Positions 1-16,650 of a stretch of 64,000 bases of DNA are shown piece by piece (the stretch's first letter is position 1; every line of letters begins with the position of its first letter). The stretch lies in the NCBI RefSeq assembly GCF_009914755.1, contig NC_060936.1; one strand, 5' to 3'. Source of the DNA: the human T2T-CHM13v2.0 reference genome, Homo sapiens. The position numbers and the translations under genes were made by a program. Under the pieces are notes generated by a model. The model was not told the origin of the DNA. It did no database searches and worked only from the letters and a program-made list of their open reading frames with translations.

Positions 1-255
1 GGCCAAGGCGGGCAGATCACTTGAGGTCAGGAGTTCGAGATCAGCCTGACCAACATGGTGAAACCGTTTCTACTAAAAATACAAAAATTAGCCGGGTGTA
101 GTGGTACACGCCTGTAATCCTAGCTACTCAGGAGACTGAGGCAGGAGAATTGCTTGAACTTGGGAAGCAAAGGTTACAGTGAACCGAGATTGTACCACTG
201 CACTCCAGCCTGGGTGACAGAATGAGACTGTGTCTCAAAACAAACCAAACAAAAC
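1..255 (+). mobile_element. AluS, cut by the window edge
   Basis: Alu dimer sequence with TACTAAAAATACAAAAATTAGCC linker and an A-rich (CAAA)n tail. Confidence 0.95.
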
Positions 256-1271
256 CTATCATTTGTAGACTGTTTCATTGATCCCAGAGAATTTTTATAA
301 CAGTGTTGTTTTGGCCGCTGTCTTTCATGTTTGTACTTCTGTTTTGGTTTACTTTAAGCTGCTAAATAACTACTGTGGTCAGGGTACTGAGCCTGGTATT
401 GGAATATAAAGACGGATTAAGATACTGTATCACTTCCCGGTACAAGGAGTAGACTTGGAGACATAGGATACAGAAGATGAACAAGATAGCATATGCCAAG
501 TGCCAAATGTGAGAAATAGGCAAAGAGTTTCTAAGACATTTTTTTAAATGTACCAGTGGGGGAGTAACTAACGACTGAGGCAAGTAAAGAAAAATAATGA
601 TAATAAAGTGCAAAAAGTTAATGTTCTTAAGTCCAATTAGGACTTACGTTGTGTTTCCTTAGGTGGACTTCAAGTCTATCTCTCTCCCATTTATTTGTTT
701 TGAAAGTGGTTTATAAGATGTTTAAATTGGGGATTTTGAGCTTAATGTAGTAGCAGAAAGGTGGCAGTGGTGGAGAGATGGAAAGTACGAGAAACTAGTT
801 AGGAGAAAATGGAAAGAAGACTAGATATCAAAAAAGAAGGCCTGATTAGGACTAAGCTCCCCTAGGGCACAGACCTAATAGACACATAGATATCAACAAA
901 CCTGGAGTTCAGAACTATGGGTAGAGTGAATGCCTACAATATACTACGTAATGAACTACACATTCTGGCATGCCTTTCCACATTTAATCCTCAAAATACC
1001 AGAACACGATACATTTAAAAAATTAAAACACCGTCAATACTGAACAACAGAACACTGCATTAAAAAGGCTTAAAAATCACCCACTAAACAAAGCTAACTT
1101 AAGAGTATGAACAGAGACAGAGTTAGCTGCTATTACCACTGGACTTAGATAAATGTTATTAAAAAATTAGGTGAGGAAATTGAGATACTGATTAGATCAC
1201 CTATAAAAGGTGACAATCAGTCATCTAGGACAACCAGAGTTCAAAACCAGGTCTGACTGACTCCTAAACCT

Positions 1272-1274
<3 letters not shown>

Positions 1275-1333
<59 letters not shown>
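1275..1333. repeat. (CA)n microsatellite
   Basis: Uninterrupted AC run of about 29 units. Confidence 0.99.
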
Positions 1334-1335
<2 letters not shown>

Positions 1336-1724
1336 GACTGAACTAATTTTTACCTTACTGTCAAAATTACAATAAAAAGACAACCCTAAAAGTACATCTG
1401 AGAAGTCTAGGGTAAAAGAAAGGATAAAAAAGGAAGAAGTTTAGTCTTATCCCTAATAGAGATGTGAGTCTTAAGAGGGTTTAAATTTACTCAAGAGGGT
1501 TTAAAGATTGAGAACACTTTTAATTTTCACTAAAAGTGTTGGTATAATAATCTTTTACAAAAAGGAATAAGTATAAACTTTAAAAGAACACGTCTGTATG
1601 CTGCTATTCTGGCTGGAGGCATTGGAGCCCAAGTTAGTGAGCAAAATGCTCATGTTACGAATAGTGAGGGAACCCAGATTAAGATTCTTTTTACCTTAAT
1701 AAAAAGAAAAAGGGATTACTTCTT

Positions 1725-2870
<1,146 letters not shown>

Positions 2871-3039
2871 TTGCTGTTCCCTACCTTCTTTGCATAACTT
2901 TTTTCTCTACTTAGGCTCTGACATCCTGTCCTGGGATGCACCCCTTACCCCATACTTCTTAGATACCCCATACTGAAGATTTTACCATTCTGTTTGAGCT
3001 CTAGTACCTTAATCTGATCTAGAGGTTCCTCTAGATCAG

Positions 3040-3270
3040 TGAAACAACTGAAGGCCGAAAGTCAGATGGACCCAGCTATAGATACTTAGCAACTTCTCTG
3101 ACACTTAACAAGTCATTTAACTTCTCCAGAGCCCCAGACTCATTTCTGTAAAATGGACTAACACAGTCAACATTGCAAGGCTACCGAAAAGATCAAATGA
3201 AAATGTATGTAAAATGTCTACAACAGAGTGGCTGACACATAGTAAATATCTGATAAACATTAGCTATCTT
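3040..3270 (+). mobile_element. MIR
   Basis: MIR core-like CAAGTCATTTAACTTCTC...CATTTCTGTAAAATGG and tail CACATAGTAAATATCTGATAAACATTAGCTAT. Confidence 0.75.
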
Positions 3271-3379
3271 CTGTAATATGGGTGATAATTTCTTAAACTT
3301 TGATCTCAATACTTTTAGATCTAGTTAAGCAATTAGAGAAGCATCAATCTGAAAATAAGAACCTTACTGTCCTGCTTGT

Positions 3380-4160
3380 TCAAAAGGCCAATGAGCTTCA
3401 CATTGTTACACTCAACAGAATTTTTTTTAGTTCTTACCTTATTAAGCTCTTATCAACACTTGACCCAACTCTCTCTTCTTGACTTCTATCTCCTTGTAAC
3501 ATTCTCTTTCTTTGGTTTCTGTAACACCCCACTCACCCTCTACTTCTCTGATCTTCACGGTATTCTCTGGGAGCTCACATTCTTCCAGCAAAGTTTTTTA
3601 AATGTTAGAGGTCATTGTGGTTCCATCCTAGGCCTTTTTTCCCCCAAGTTATATTCCCTCACCTAGGCAATTTCATCCATACCTATAGTTCCAATTACCT
3701 GTATGGGAGATTCCAGTTTTCCATTTACAGCCAATACTCTTCCTCTGAATTTCAGAACCATGTATCTAATTGCTTACAGGAACTTCTACCTGAAAGCTCC
3801 AAAGGTACTTTAAGCCTGATATGTTAAAACCAAAAGAGCTCTGGTCCTTATCTGGCACAACCCAGGAATGTAATCCAGAAATCATCTTTCAAATTTCTTT
3901 CTCCCTCACTTTCAATCTATTAACTGAGGCCTGCTGGTCTCAAATCCCATCCACTGAGCCCATCTCCACAATTATCATCCTAATTCAAGCTATCCTCATC
4001 TCTCCCAGACTACTAAAAAAGCCTGCTAACTAATTCTCCCAGATCTCTTGCTGCCTCTCTCCTCCCTTTCAATACACATCACCACAATCCTAGTTTTGCC
4101 TTCTGGAACTATAAGAAATTAATATGGCTTCTAAATGACAACATTTTTAACAATAAGATA
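3380..4160 (+). mobile_element. L2 fragment
   Basis: Pyrimidine-rich diverged sequence resembling the L2 3' region. Confidence 0.5.
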
Positions 4161-4171
4161 GTTATACTGCT

Positions 4172-4521
4172 TGATATGGTTTGGCTGTGTCCCCACCCAA
4201 ATCTCTCTTGAATTGTATTCCCATAATTCCCACGTGTTGTGGGAGCAACCTGTTGGGAGATAATTTGAATCATGGGGGCAGTTTCCCCCATACTGTTCTC
4301 ATGGTAGTGAACAAGTCTCACAAGATCTGATGGTTTTAACAGATGTTTCCGCTTTTGCATCTTCCTCATTTTCTCTTGCCACCAACCACTATGTAAGAAG
4401 TGCCCTTCTCCTCCCACCAAGATTCTGAGGCCTCCCTAGCCATGTGGAACTGTAAGTCCAATTATACCTCTTTTTCTTCCCAGTCTCAGGTATGTCAGCA
4501 GCATGAAATCAGGCTAATGCA
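4172..4521 (+). mobile_element. THE1 (THE1A-like) solo LTR, MaLR
   Basis: Starts TGATATGGTTTGGCTGTGTCCCCACCCAAATC, ends CTAATGCA; 5-bp TSD CTGCT at 4167-4171 and 4522-4526. Confidence 0.92.
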
Positions 4522-4626
4522 CTGCTCTACTCTTAGCTGAGGCATTCTTAGCTCCTTCTATATTAAGACAAATGATAGTTTCAAGGTCACATACTGTTAT
4601 ACTCCTCTAAAAACACAGACCCCTTA

Positions 4627-4817
4627 GGCTGGGTGTGGTGGTTCATTCCTGTAATCCCAGCACTTTGGGAGGCCAAGGCGGGATGATTACTTAGCCCAGG
4701 AATTTGAGACCAGCCTGGGCACCAAAGTGAGAGCTGTGATCACACCACTGCGCTCCAGCCTGGGAGACAGCGAGATGCTATCTGAAAGCAAAAACAAAAC
4801 AAACAACAACAAAAAAC
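4627..4817 (+). mobile_element. AluJ with internal deletion (monomer length)
   Basis: Left-arm start joined to the right-arm end GTGAGAGCTGTGATCACACCACTGC, then an A-rich tail. Confidence 0.8.
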
Positions 4818-7800
4818 AAGGACCCCTGAAATGAACATGGCCCACATGCATGGATATAAGTAACTTGGCAGTTTATGCTACAGACTGAGACTTGCTTAGT
4901 CTAAAGTTTCAAACCACAATCACTATTTGTAACGTTTACAGCTGAAAGCAGGTTAATTCATTAACTTACATTGAAGGCATTGTTCAGGTGTTTAGGTGAC
5001 AAATACTGACAAATGCTGATCTCACAGAAGATAAATCACAGTGAAGAAAATAAACAATAAACCTAAGTTAGATTACACAATATGTTGCAAAATGATAAAT
5101 GCAATGGAGAAAAATCTAGCATAAAAACAGATACAAAATATCGGGGGAAGGCTGTTGTTTTATACACAGTAGTTAGAGAAGACCACAACAGCGTAGGGGA
5201 AAGGAGATTGGAGAAAGGGTGAGGAGATGAAGTCAGAGAGGAAGAAGAGACTTAAATCATAGAGCCTTGTAGACCATAGGAGTATGGAATTTACTATGAC
5301 TGAGAAGGGAAGCCATTTGAGAAAAGAAGTTACATGACCTGACATTTGATCAGGATCACTCTGGCTATGGAGTGTTAAAGACTGTAGATCAGCAAAGGTC
5401 ACAGTGACTTTTTAGGAAGATATTTTTGAAAGCAAAATAGTGGTTGTGTTTTTACGTTATGTATTGAATTTTTATGTGTCTATGTACTAGGATTTCATAC
5501 ATTAAGTTCATAGACACAACTTAAAAAAATACAATGCAAAGATGAGTTTTGGGAATAGCAAGAGAATGATACTGGATATTTTAACTCTGGGCTCTACTCA
5601 GCACTACTAACAGTTATTACTGCTCAGAAGCAAGACAAGGTGCAAGGTTATTAACTTATTTTGGGGGACAGAGTATAATTAAAAATCTGGATTTTAAGTT
5701 TATTTCACTGGGCAAGGTAAGTCAAGGTACAATTTACATCTTAAAAGACAAAAGCAGGTGATAGCAGGGCTTGCTAAAGGGAAGTTACAATGAAAATTAT
5801 TCTACAGTTGACTTTCTTTTTATTACTTTTATGCCTGCTACTCTCTTTAATTAAGGTGCTACAACTATCTCTGATATACTTTAAAAGTTCAGTATTAAGT
5901 TGATGGGTAGTATAGTACTGTATTTTCTGATTACTAAAAGATGTTACTGATGATGAATCAACAGTATCATGTAACTGCACTGATTCATCCTATCTCTGCT
6001 GAATAAAAGCACAGGTTTTCCAGAAAACTGTCTAAGCTCTAGTTGGTGCCAAAGGACGATAGAGAGCTAAGTAACTCCTGAAAAGTTTCGATCTTAACAC
6101 ACTAGCCCTATTACCACATGAAGGTATTAACAGAAAAAATTAAAAAATTATCCGTAAAATTTTCTCCATGACATGTTTTCTGGCAACATATTTAGAAACT
6201 TTAAATTTTCTTCTACAGTTTTCTTCCCCTTTATACTGAAGAATGTCTTTAAAGCATGAGTATACTTACAGTAAGCAAACATTCAAATTTTACCCCAGTG
6301 AAATCTTAAAATGTACTCAAACTCTCAGGCAAAAAGTTCACTATCTGAATGTGAAAAACTGAATGACTGTTAAAATATCTGCAAGCACCAAAAAATATTA
6401 TAGCTAAAATGCAGCTACCCTAAGAACTGTTTTTAAAAAACTCACATTGCATAAAAAATATAAATTCAGATTATCCGATAGGATAATATAAAACAAAAGA
6501 AATCCAAAGACAGTTTCAAGATTTCATTTCTCTTGCTTAGTTAAAACAACAAAAACAAAAGGCCCATGAACTTTTTCTTGCATCTTTTAACCAAAATAGT
6601 GACATGATCAAGCCAACTGCCAAAGAAACAGGAAAGAGAAAGCAATTGTTTAGAAACAGACTTGATTACATGTCAAAATTTTAATACAATTACTAATAAA
6701 ATACAAAAACCAACCGTTATTTTAAAATGTACTGCCCTGATATTCTGCTGCTGAGGTAGGTGGTGATATGTAGAAATTAATTTTTCTTTTAAAACGAAAA
6801 AATAATGCATTTATTAATATGCTTTTCCCAAAATTCGGGGAAAATTCCCAAATCGGAGAAAAAAATTTAACATCAGCATCTACTACACAAAGCATTAAAA
6901 ACATTTTTCAGCAGTTTTGCTTAAGTATCTTAGGTCAGTGGTAGCATGTTAGCCAAAATGTAATCCAAAATGAATGAACAACAGTCAGCTGGTAGACACT
7001 GTATGTAATACAATACGGAAATATATTGGAAGTATTTCAAAATTCAACATTTGAATCCGTGAATGTCTAAATCAAGTACTCTAAATCAGGCGTCTACTTT
7101 TGAAACAATACTTCAAAATACGTGTTGGTGGCAAGACCGCCAGCCATCTGTAGGAAATCTTTTTAATGGTTCAAAATTCCTAGGTCTCAGAAGGGGCGAC
7201 TGATTAGGCTAAATTTATATCTCCCGGCCCCGTAGTTGTCAGCCCAGGTAGCGAATTTAAAACACTGGGGGTGGATGAGTAGTTTGAAGTTCAGATCAAG
7301 GAGTGAAAAAGGCTGATGCTTAGAAGCGCCGGCTCTTCCCCATTCGCGCACTCGAGAGGTCACGGCGTAGTAAAGTTTGGTTTCACTAGCGGGCTTGGAC
7401 GCTCGCGACCAAAGTCTCCCAAGAAAAGCCGACACCGCGGTCGGGAGCGCCCGGAAGCTCAGCAGGACACGTTTCCACTGCAGGGAGGAGGGTGTCTGTG
7501 GCGGTTCTGGCGTGGAGCCCCTTCCCCCCCCCCCGTAGGACCCTGCACCCGGACGGGGACAGGCTTCGCCAGCTAAGGCGGCGGGAGACGCGTAGGCCAC
7601 AAGGAGGAAATGGGACAGAGTGCGACAGAGAGGCGGCGGCGGCCCAGGGCCGGGCCGAGCCTCCCTCGCGGGGCAGCGAGAGGGAAAGGGGCCCTCCCGG
7701 CCGCAGCCTCCCCCACTTCGAGAGGTAGCTCCAACTTTCCTCCCAGCGCACGACGTCGCACGGGCCGCGCGAGATTCCGAAACTTTGTCAGCCCTCGCGT

Positions 7801-7900
7801 CGCCCTAGGCCCGCTCCAGCGCTCTGCGCCGGCCGCTAACCCTCGTCTCTCCCAGACAGCTGCCCAAGCCCATCCACCCCGCGGGTCGACCAGTGTTTAC

Positions 7901-8200
7901 CTCAGACCGAGGTCGAGGCGCTCGGTCCGGCCGCGGCCCCACAGTAGGTTCCCAGGTCCCAGTCACTCCGCTGCCAAGTTCCCCAACATGGACTCCTTCG
8001 TCCGCTTTGTGGTGTTACAGGGTCTCTAGGACACTGACTCCGCTGGCTCGGTCCGGAGGCGGCGGCGAAGCAGGGAGCGACCCAGGTTGCGCTGCTCCGC
8101 GCGGCTTAAGCCACCGCTACTCCCCCTTCCCCCGCCTTGTCTAGCCTCCTCCCTCCCCTCCCCTCCCTGCGCGTCTCCCTCCTCCTCCCTTCCCTCGCTG
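7901..8200 (-). other. Non-coding first exon of a minus-strand gene (tentatively PUM2, from recollection only; TSS approximate)
   Basis: Minus strand reads a purine-rich leader ...GACCTCGGTCTGAG|GTAAAC with the GT donor at 7900-7899; no long ATG-started ORF runs through the donor; intron-like sequence follows. Confidence 0.65.
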
Positions 8201-8352
8201 TCGGCGCGCTAAGGTGACGACGGCGGCAGCCGGACTCGCCACATTCTGCTTACTCGCTCGCTCTGGCCCTGAGTGCATGTTCGTAGTACCCAGTTGGGCC
8301 GCAGGGGGGCGCTGGCAAACTGCTGTTTGAGACCGAGAAGCGTGGTGGGTGG

Positions 8353-8363
8353 AGTCACGTCAC
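8353..8363. promoter_or_regulatory. CRE/ATF-like motif
   Basis: AGTCACGTCAC containing the CGTCA half site, just upstream of the inferred TSS. Confidence 0.45.
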
Positions 8364-8455
8364 GCGGCCTGTGAGCGGGAGGAAGGGCAGCTGCGCTGGA
8401 GGGGCCTTCTGGGAAACGTCCTTCCAGCACCGCCCTTCGCCCACACTGCGGATGG

Positions 8456-8467
8456 TGCGCATGCGCA
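8456..8467. promoter_or_regulatory. NRF1 binding site
   Basis: Perfect palindrome TGCGCATGCGCA, the canonical NRF1 motif, inside the CpG island. Confidence 0.8.
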
Positions 8468-8803
8468 GCGCGTGGACTTTGGCCTCTGCCCTCCTTTGGC
8501 AGTTTTACAGGCTGCGTCGCGGAGGACAATGAAAGAGGCTTTAAGGGAACTGGACAGGAAGGATTTTGCGCAGGGTGTGCTCCTTATCTTTATGGTAATC
8601 TGATATTGAAAAGAGTGTCCGCATGTTTGCGGTGGATTGAGTGTTCACCTGGCTGCGCTGCCCACCTGAAATGCAGCCTGTGGAGTGAAGAGTCGGCAAT
8701 TTGGAAGCCCACCTTTCCTCCTTTCTGGTGGGCATTTTTTTAGATGCCAGGGGGAGAGCTTTCCCGCCTGACTCCCCGAGCCTAGGGGCTTTCCCATGTC
8801 TTA

Positions 8804-9136
<333 letters not shown>

Positions 9137-10950
9137 TTACTTAAAAGGCCTCCGCGTTGTGGTTAGATAGTGACGTGTGTGCCATCCTCCACTTTTTCCC
9201 CCGGCGGGTTGTTAAATGTTTTGTTTTACCTCGGAGGTATTTTGACTTTTTCAAAGTCACTGATTATTTAACCTCCTAGTTTCTCTTCTCGTCGACTGCA
9301 GCAAGCTTCCGGTTGCTCTGCCTGCCCTCAGTGTCCCCCATCTACCAGCTGACCTTCCAGTCCTCCCACCCACGCCCTTGTCCTGCTTGCGGCTCCCGCA
9401 GGACTAAGCTCTGCTCCCCGCGCGCGGCTCACCCAGGTCCCAGTCGCTTTCAGCCGCGCGCTCACACGTTTTCCTGTCGCCTGCCCCCGTTCTGTTCGCG
9501 CGTGCTGCGCTCTCCAGCCACCCTGACGCCTGCCCGGGATGAGTTTCCTCCCCACTTTGCCGCGGCCCCGCCGACCGACCGCTTCACTGCCGCCTTCCTG
9601 CATTCTCGCAGACTACGTTGCGGCGTCCCCTGCTCCCGCCCTGAGGACGTCGCTTTTCTGGCACTTTCATCCTATGCATTCTGTTGAGTCTGCTCACTGT
9701 CTCACACTGTGAGGATTGGGACAGTGTCTTATCACTTTCATAACAGCGTCTGGCACTTGCTGAAGGAACACATGAATGGCGGTCTTGTCGCTGTCAAAGT
9801 CTTTGGAGTTTTTCAGTGTACTGTTTTTGATATGGGGTTTGGGAATTTAGGTGGCTTTACTGTATTTGGGATATTTGAGGGGAAAATGAGCTAGAGGCGT
9901 TAAAATGCTTTCTTCTGATGGAACAACAAAATTCTTATGAAGGACCTTTCCCTGTCAAAATCAGAGCAAATAGTAAAGGATATATACTATTTGGATATAA
10001 AGAATGATTATAAAGGATGATTGTTAAGAGAAATAGTGAAAATTAGTGTGGAAAGCTATAACCAGATCAACATTTATGAGCCATCCAACAGAATAAGGGT
10101 GTAGCTTTTTTATGTATACAATCTCTAGGATTCACTCTAGAGAGTGTAACTCCTGATATGGACTCCTGGTGCAACATGCTTCTGTGTATGTTTTATATTT
10201 TAAAAAATCTATATATATTTAAAATCTAAATATATTTTTAAAAATCTCAGTTTTGTTTTAGGAAAGTGTTTTTTCTCAAAATTTAAGCCCAAATGATAAA
10301 ATCTGCCAAATAGAAAACTATTTTAAATTGATAATAACAGTATAGTTTCATCAAAACTAAAAATACCAGATCTTTTGATGTATTTGTTTCCTAGCAGAGA
10401 ATTAAGTTTTCACGTTCTTACTGTTGGCCTCCTAGATATCATGTGAGCATGTCTTAAGGAAAAATGCTCTTAATGCCACTGTGGTTTCTACCTTCATGTG
10501 CAAATAGAAGAGAGTGGTGGTTTGTAATAGGCCATTCTTTCCAGAGAAAAGTTCATGTGTATTTCTGTATATGCAGCATCCTCCTTATTATGTTTGGATG
10601 TAAAGATTTATTATTCTCTCTGATGTTTTCATATTTTTTAAATTTACAATATAATAAAGAGGTACAGAGTTCTAAATCAATAAAAGATGGGCTATAAAAT
10701 GGAGGAGTAAAGTTGATATATGAACCATCATTGTCAACATTTTAGATTTGATTTTAACTGTAAAAAGCACAAATGATATGCATCATAAAACAGCCTTAAA
10801 CTGAATGTCCACTTGGTGTGTTGCACTTTACCAGGCACTTAAAATATCAGTCCTGTCACATAGCATCAGAAACCCACAGTGGCACGTTTAAAAATGGGTA
10901 ATCAACGTATTGATTTTGATGGAGCTTTTTCAGAAATAACTGCTATTTTA

Positions 10951-11433
<483 letters not shown>

Positions 11434-11509
11434 CTATAAGAGGACATTTTTATTTTAATGATCTCTGGCATTTTTATGGCAATAAAAATGTGTGAATTCA
11501 AAGGACATA

Positions 11510-11960
<451 letters not shown>

Positions 11961-12280
11961 GTTATTTCATGTCACAACTATGAAGTATTTTAATCAGGAT
12001 GATACTATCCAATTATTTTCCATGTGGAATTAAATTTATTTCAGCAACAATTAATTGGACATCTATTTGGGAGGTGCTTTGAGCTTGTATATAAATGAAT
12101 ACAGTGTCTCACAGACAGTATAGTGGTTTCAAATATGTACAAAGACAAAGTTGCATTCCTTGAAAGAAAATAGAAAACAAAAAACAAAGGAAGAATATAA
12201 ATATAAAAAGAATATAAAATAATAAAAACAAAGCCTGGGGAGGGAGATGGAATAAAAGAAGGAGAGAATAGAAAGGAAAC

Positions 12281-13174
12281 TGTGATGATTAATTTTAGAT
12301 GTCAACTTGACTGGATTAGGAATACCTAGAGAACTGGTAAAACATTATTTTGGGGTATGTCAGTGAGGGTGTTTACAGAGGAGATTGGCATGTGAGTCTG
12401 AGTGGACTACAAGGGGAGGATCCGCCCTCAAAGTGGGCAGGCACTATCCAATCAGCTGGGAGCCTGGGTAGAACAAAAACAGTCTCTGTCTTCTGGAACT
12501 GGGATACACTCTTCTCCTGGCCGTGGACATCAAAATACCAAGCTCTCTGGCCTTTGGATTCTAGTGCTTAACACCAGCACCCCTGCCATCAGGTCTTCAG
12601 ACTTGGACTGAGCCACACTCCCAGCATACCAGCATCTCCAGCTTGCAAATAGCCTGTTGTGGGACTTGTTAGCCTCCATAATCACATGAGCCAATTCCCC
12701 TAATAAAGCCCCCCTCATGTGTCTATATATCCTATTAGTTCTTTTTGCCTCATATCTAAAAATAGTTCAAATTCTAAGACTACTTCTTCATTTCAGTTTA
12801 TATTTACTCTTTTTAAAGGTAATAAGCATTCATTTTAACAATTTAAATAACACAGAAGTATGTAAAATATACTCAGAAGTAAATAAAGAAAAAGACTGTT
12901 TTCTTCTCCGTATCCCAGTCCTAGACAAAACCAATGTTAAAGATTGAAGTTTCTCTCAATACTTATTCTAATGTTTTAAAACACTTGGAAGTTTTCATTT
13001 GTATATTTACAAATAATCACGCCATATATATTTTTCTTCAACTCTTTCTAACTCAGCAGTTAATTATAAATAGCTCATTCTTTCAACTAGCTGCATAATA
13101 TTATGTAGAATTAATGTACCATAATTTTTTTTTTTTTGAGACAGGGAGAACTCTCTTTGGAGAACCCTAATATA
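12281..13174 (+). mobile_element. MLT2B-like ERVL solo LTR, split near its 3' end by a ~400-bp insertion
   Basis: Starts TGTGATGATTAATTTTAGATGTCAACTTGACTGGATT and breaks after CCTATTAGTTCT (12742). The terminal CTCTTTGGAGAACCCTAATATA resumes at ~13151. Flanks are GAAAC/GGAAC. Confidence 0.85.
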
Positions 13175-13513
13175 GGAACCAAAGACAATTTCATTAAAGA
13201 AGTGGTAACCCAAACCAAATACAGACAGGTATTATTCCAAATTTGAAGACTCTAGTACACTCTCAGGTTGGTCTTCCATCCCCGACACCACCTCTTCTAC
13301 ATGTTTATCACTCCCCTGAAGTCTCAACCTCACAGCCACTGCTGCTGAGCCCCTTAACCCTGAACCCAGCAAAGGATCTCACCACAGTCATTATAAGAGA
13401 GAAACTCCTCAACTTCTTTCCCTCTACCGACAAAGTCTATCTAGAACTGTGTACATCCATGACTACTTGTCTTCCTCTATCACAGAGGAAGAACTATCTA
13501 GTCTCTTGTTTAA

Positions 13514-13934
<421 letters not shown>

Positions 13935-14711
13935 GGCTTAGCTTTCTACTTGTGCTGCAGATCTGTTTTTTTCAGACTTTGATTTATAGACCATTCACAT
14001 TTCTAACAATTTGAAAACAGATATAGGGCTGGTAACTTTTTAATCTTGACAAATAACTATATATTTGTAAAGTCCTTCCATATTTGTCACCATGATTTCT
14101 TAAGTACATTTTCAAGCCAAAAAAAACTAAATTTTATGAAATACTATTCTGTTTGTTTACATTTCCCTGTGGAACAGTGAAGCCATCACAGCCCTTGTAC
14201 ATTGGGGCTCTGCTCTGAAACAGCTCCCTTCTGTCCCCTCAGGATGTGGCTCCGTGAGTTAGTTGGTCTTCGATAGGTTTAATGTCTCCTTTACTAAAGA
14301 CTAACTTATGTCTCTTTGCTCCAGGTTTAAACACAATTTAAATTCTAAGACTACTTCTTCATTTCAGTTTCTATTTACTCTTTTTAAAAGGTAATAAGCA
14401 TGCATTTTAACAATTCTAACAACACAGAACTGTATAGAATATATTCAGAAGTATATAAAGAAAAAGATCATTTTCTTCTCCCTATCCCAGTCCTAGACAA
14501 AACCAATGTTAAAAGATTGACCTTTCTTTCAATGCTTTTTCTAATGTGTTTTAGAAACACATAGGAGGTTTTTATTTTTATTTTTACAAGCAATCACACT
14601 ATGTATGTTTTTCGGCAAATTTTCTAACTCAACAGTTAATTATAAATATTTAGCTTATTTAGCTCATTCTTTTAACTAGCTGCATAATATTATGTAGTAT
14701 TAATGTACCAT

Positions 14712-15000
14712 ATATATATATTTTTTTGAGATCTTTCTCTATCATCACCCAGGAATGATGATAGCTGACTGCAGCCTTGAATTCCTGGACTCAAGTGATC
14801 CTTCTGCCTCAGCTTTGCCAGTAGTTGGCACTACAGGCATGAGCTACCATGCCTGGCTAATTTTTTCTTTTTTAACTTTTGGTAGAAACAGGGTCTTGCT
14901 ATGTTGCCCAGGCTGGTGTCCAGCTCCTGGCCTCAAGTGATCCTCCTGCCTTAGCTTCCCAAAGCACTAGGATTACAGATGTGAGCCACCACACTTGGCC
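14712..15000 (-). mobile_element. AluJ
   Basis: Diverged reverse Alu flanked by TGTACCATA repeats. Confidence 0.85.
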
Positions 15001-16156
15001 TGTTGTACCATAATTTTTGAAACTATTTCTGTATTGATAAATAATACAGATTTCTCCAGATTTTATGTCATTACAAGTGATGCTGGAATAAATATCCTTA
15101 TATGTATATCTTTTTTAAATTATGCATTTTTGTGTAGAATTGATCCTAAAAGTGAGATTGTCAAAACCATAGATACGTGCCTTTAAAAATACATTTTAAT
15201 AGATACTGCCTGCAGAGGGTTGTGGGATTTTATGTTTTGTTGGGATTTTTTTGGTAACAGTTTTCAGATGAATTAGTCTTCTTCCTCTCTTAATCTGTGG
15301 GTTACCAATGGAATTGGGTCCTCCGTTGGCTTCTACATTGGACTTCAACTCAGGACTGGCTAACAAGAATGTAGTACCCCACTAGCTTTAATGTTCTGTA
15401 GTTCAGGGATAGGTACATGAATCAATTCAAGCCAAGCAGAATTACATCGAAGACTTTTGTTCTATGCTGGGCTTGTCGATGTGAATATGTAAGCTCCCTT
15501 CACAAAGAGAGACCCTTACTGAGAATGACTTCTCCTCAGAGAACAAAAGTAGACATGAAAAGAGACTAGGTTCTAATGATACCATTTAGGTAACCTAAAT
15601 ACAGCTGTGTCTGGACTTTCAATTATGTGACTTAATAAGTAACTTTTTTGAGTTGGGTTTGCTGTTACTTGTGACCAATGCTGTTATGACTGACACACTG
15701 CCAGATTACCTCTACCTCTAGAATTATTTTAGTTCATTTTCCAATCTAAATGTAGAAGAAACCCATTTCCCACACCCTTGCCAGGACTAACGCATGAATC
15801 TTAAATTTTTGTCAGTCTGATAGGCATTAAATGCTATTTCACTGTTGTTTCAATTCGCTTTTTGCTGACTGCTAGTGCGGTTGATTTCTTTTCGTATATT
15901 TTTGGACTGTTCATAGTCGTTGTATTTTTGTGTTGAGTTTTCATCCTTTTCTGATCTGTCTATATGATCCCTTGTGTATTACAACTCTTAACTCCTGGCA
16001 TTCCATATGTGCAGGTACTATTTTTTTTTTCATAATCATCTTTGGACTTTGCTCATGGTAGCTTTTGTCATAAGAAGGTTTTAATTTTTATATTGTCAAG
16101 TCTGACCTGGAAAAAGTCACTGTGACCTCATACATGCCAAATACAGTGAACTCTTT

Positions 16157-16494
<338 letters not shown>

Positions 16495-16650
16495 TAGACC
16501 TCAACAAGCAATTATCTCATATTGAGTACCTACTGTGTACCGGGCTCTACACTAGGCATGTTGTCCTTGCCCTTAAAGAAATTACGGTTTAGTGCAGCAG
16601 TCAAGCAGATGAACATAATTAGTATGTAGTTGATGCTGATGTTGGGTTTG

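Noticed and set aside
7187-8603. Several 80-140 aa ORFs in the CpG island
   Set aside because: Low-complexity Arg/Pro/Gly/Ala ORFs on both strands are expected from GC richness; most use non-ATG starts and show no recognisable domain
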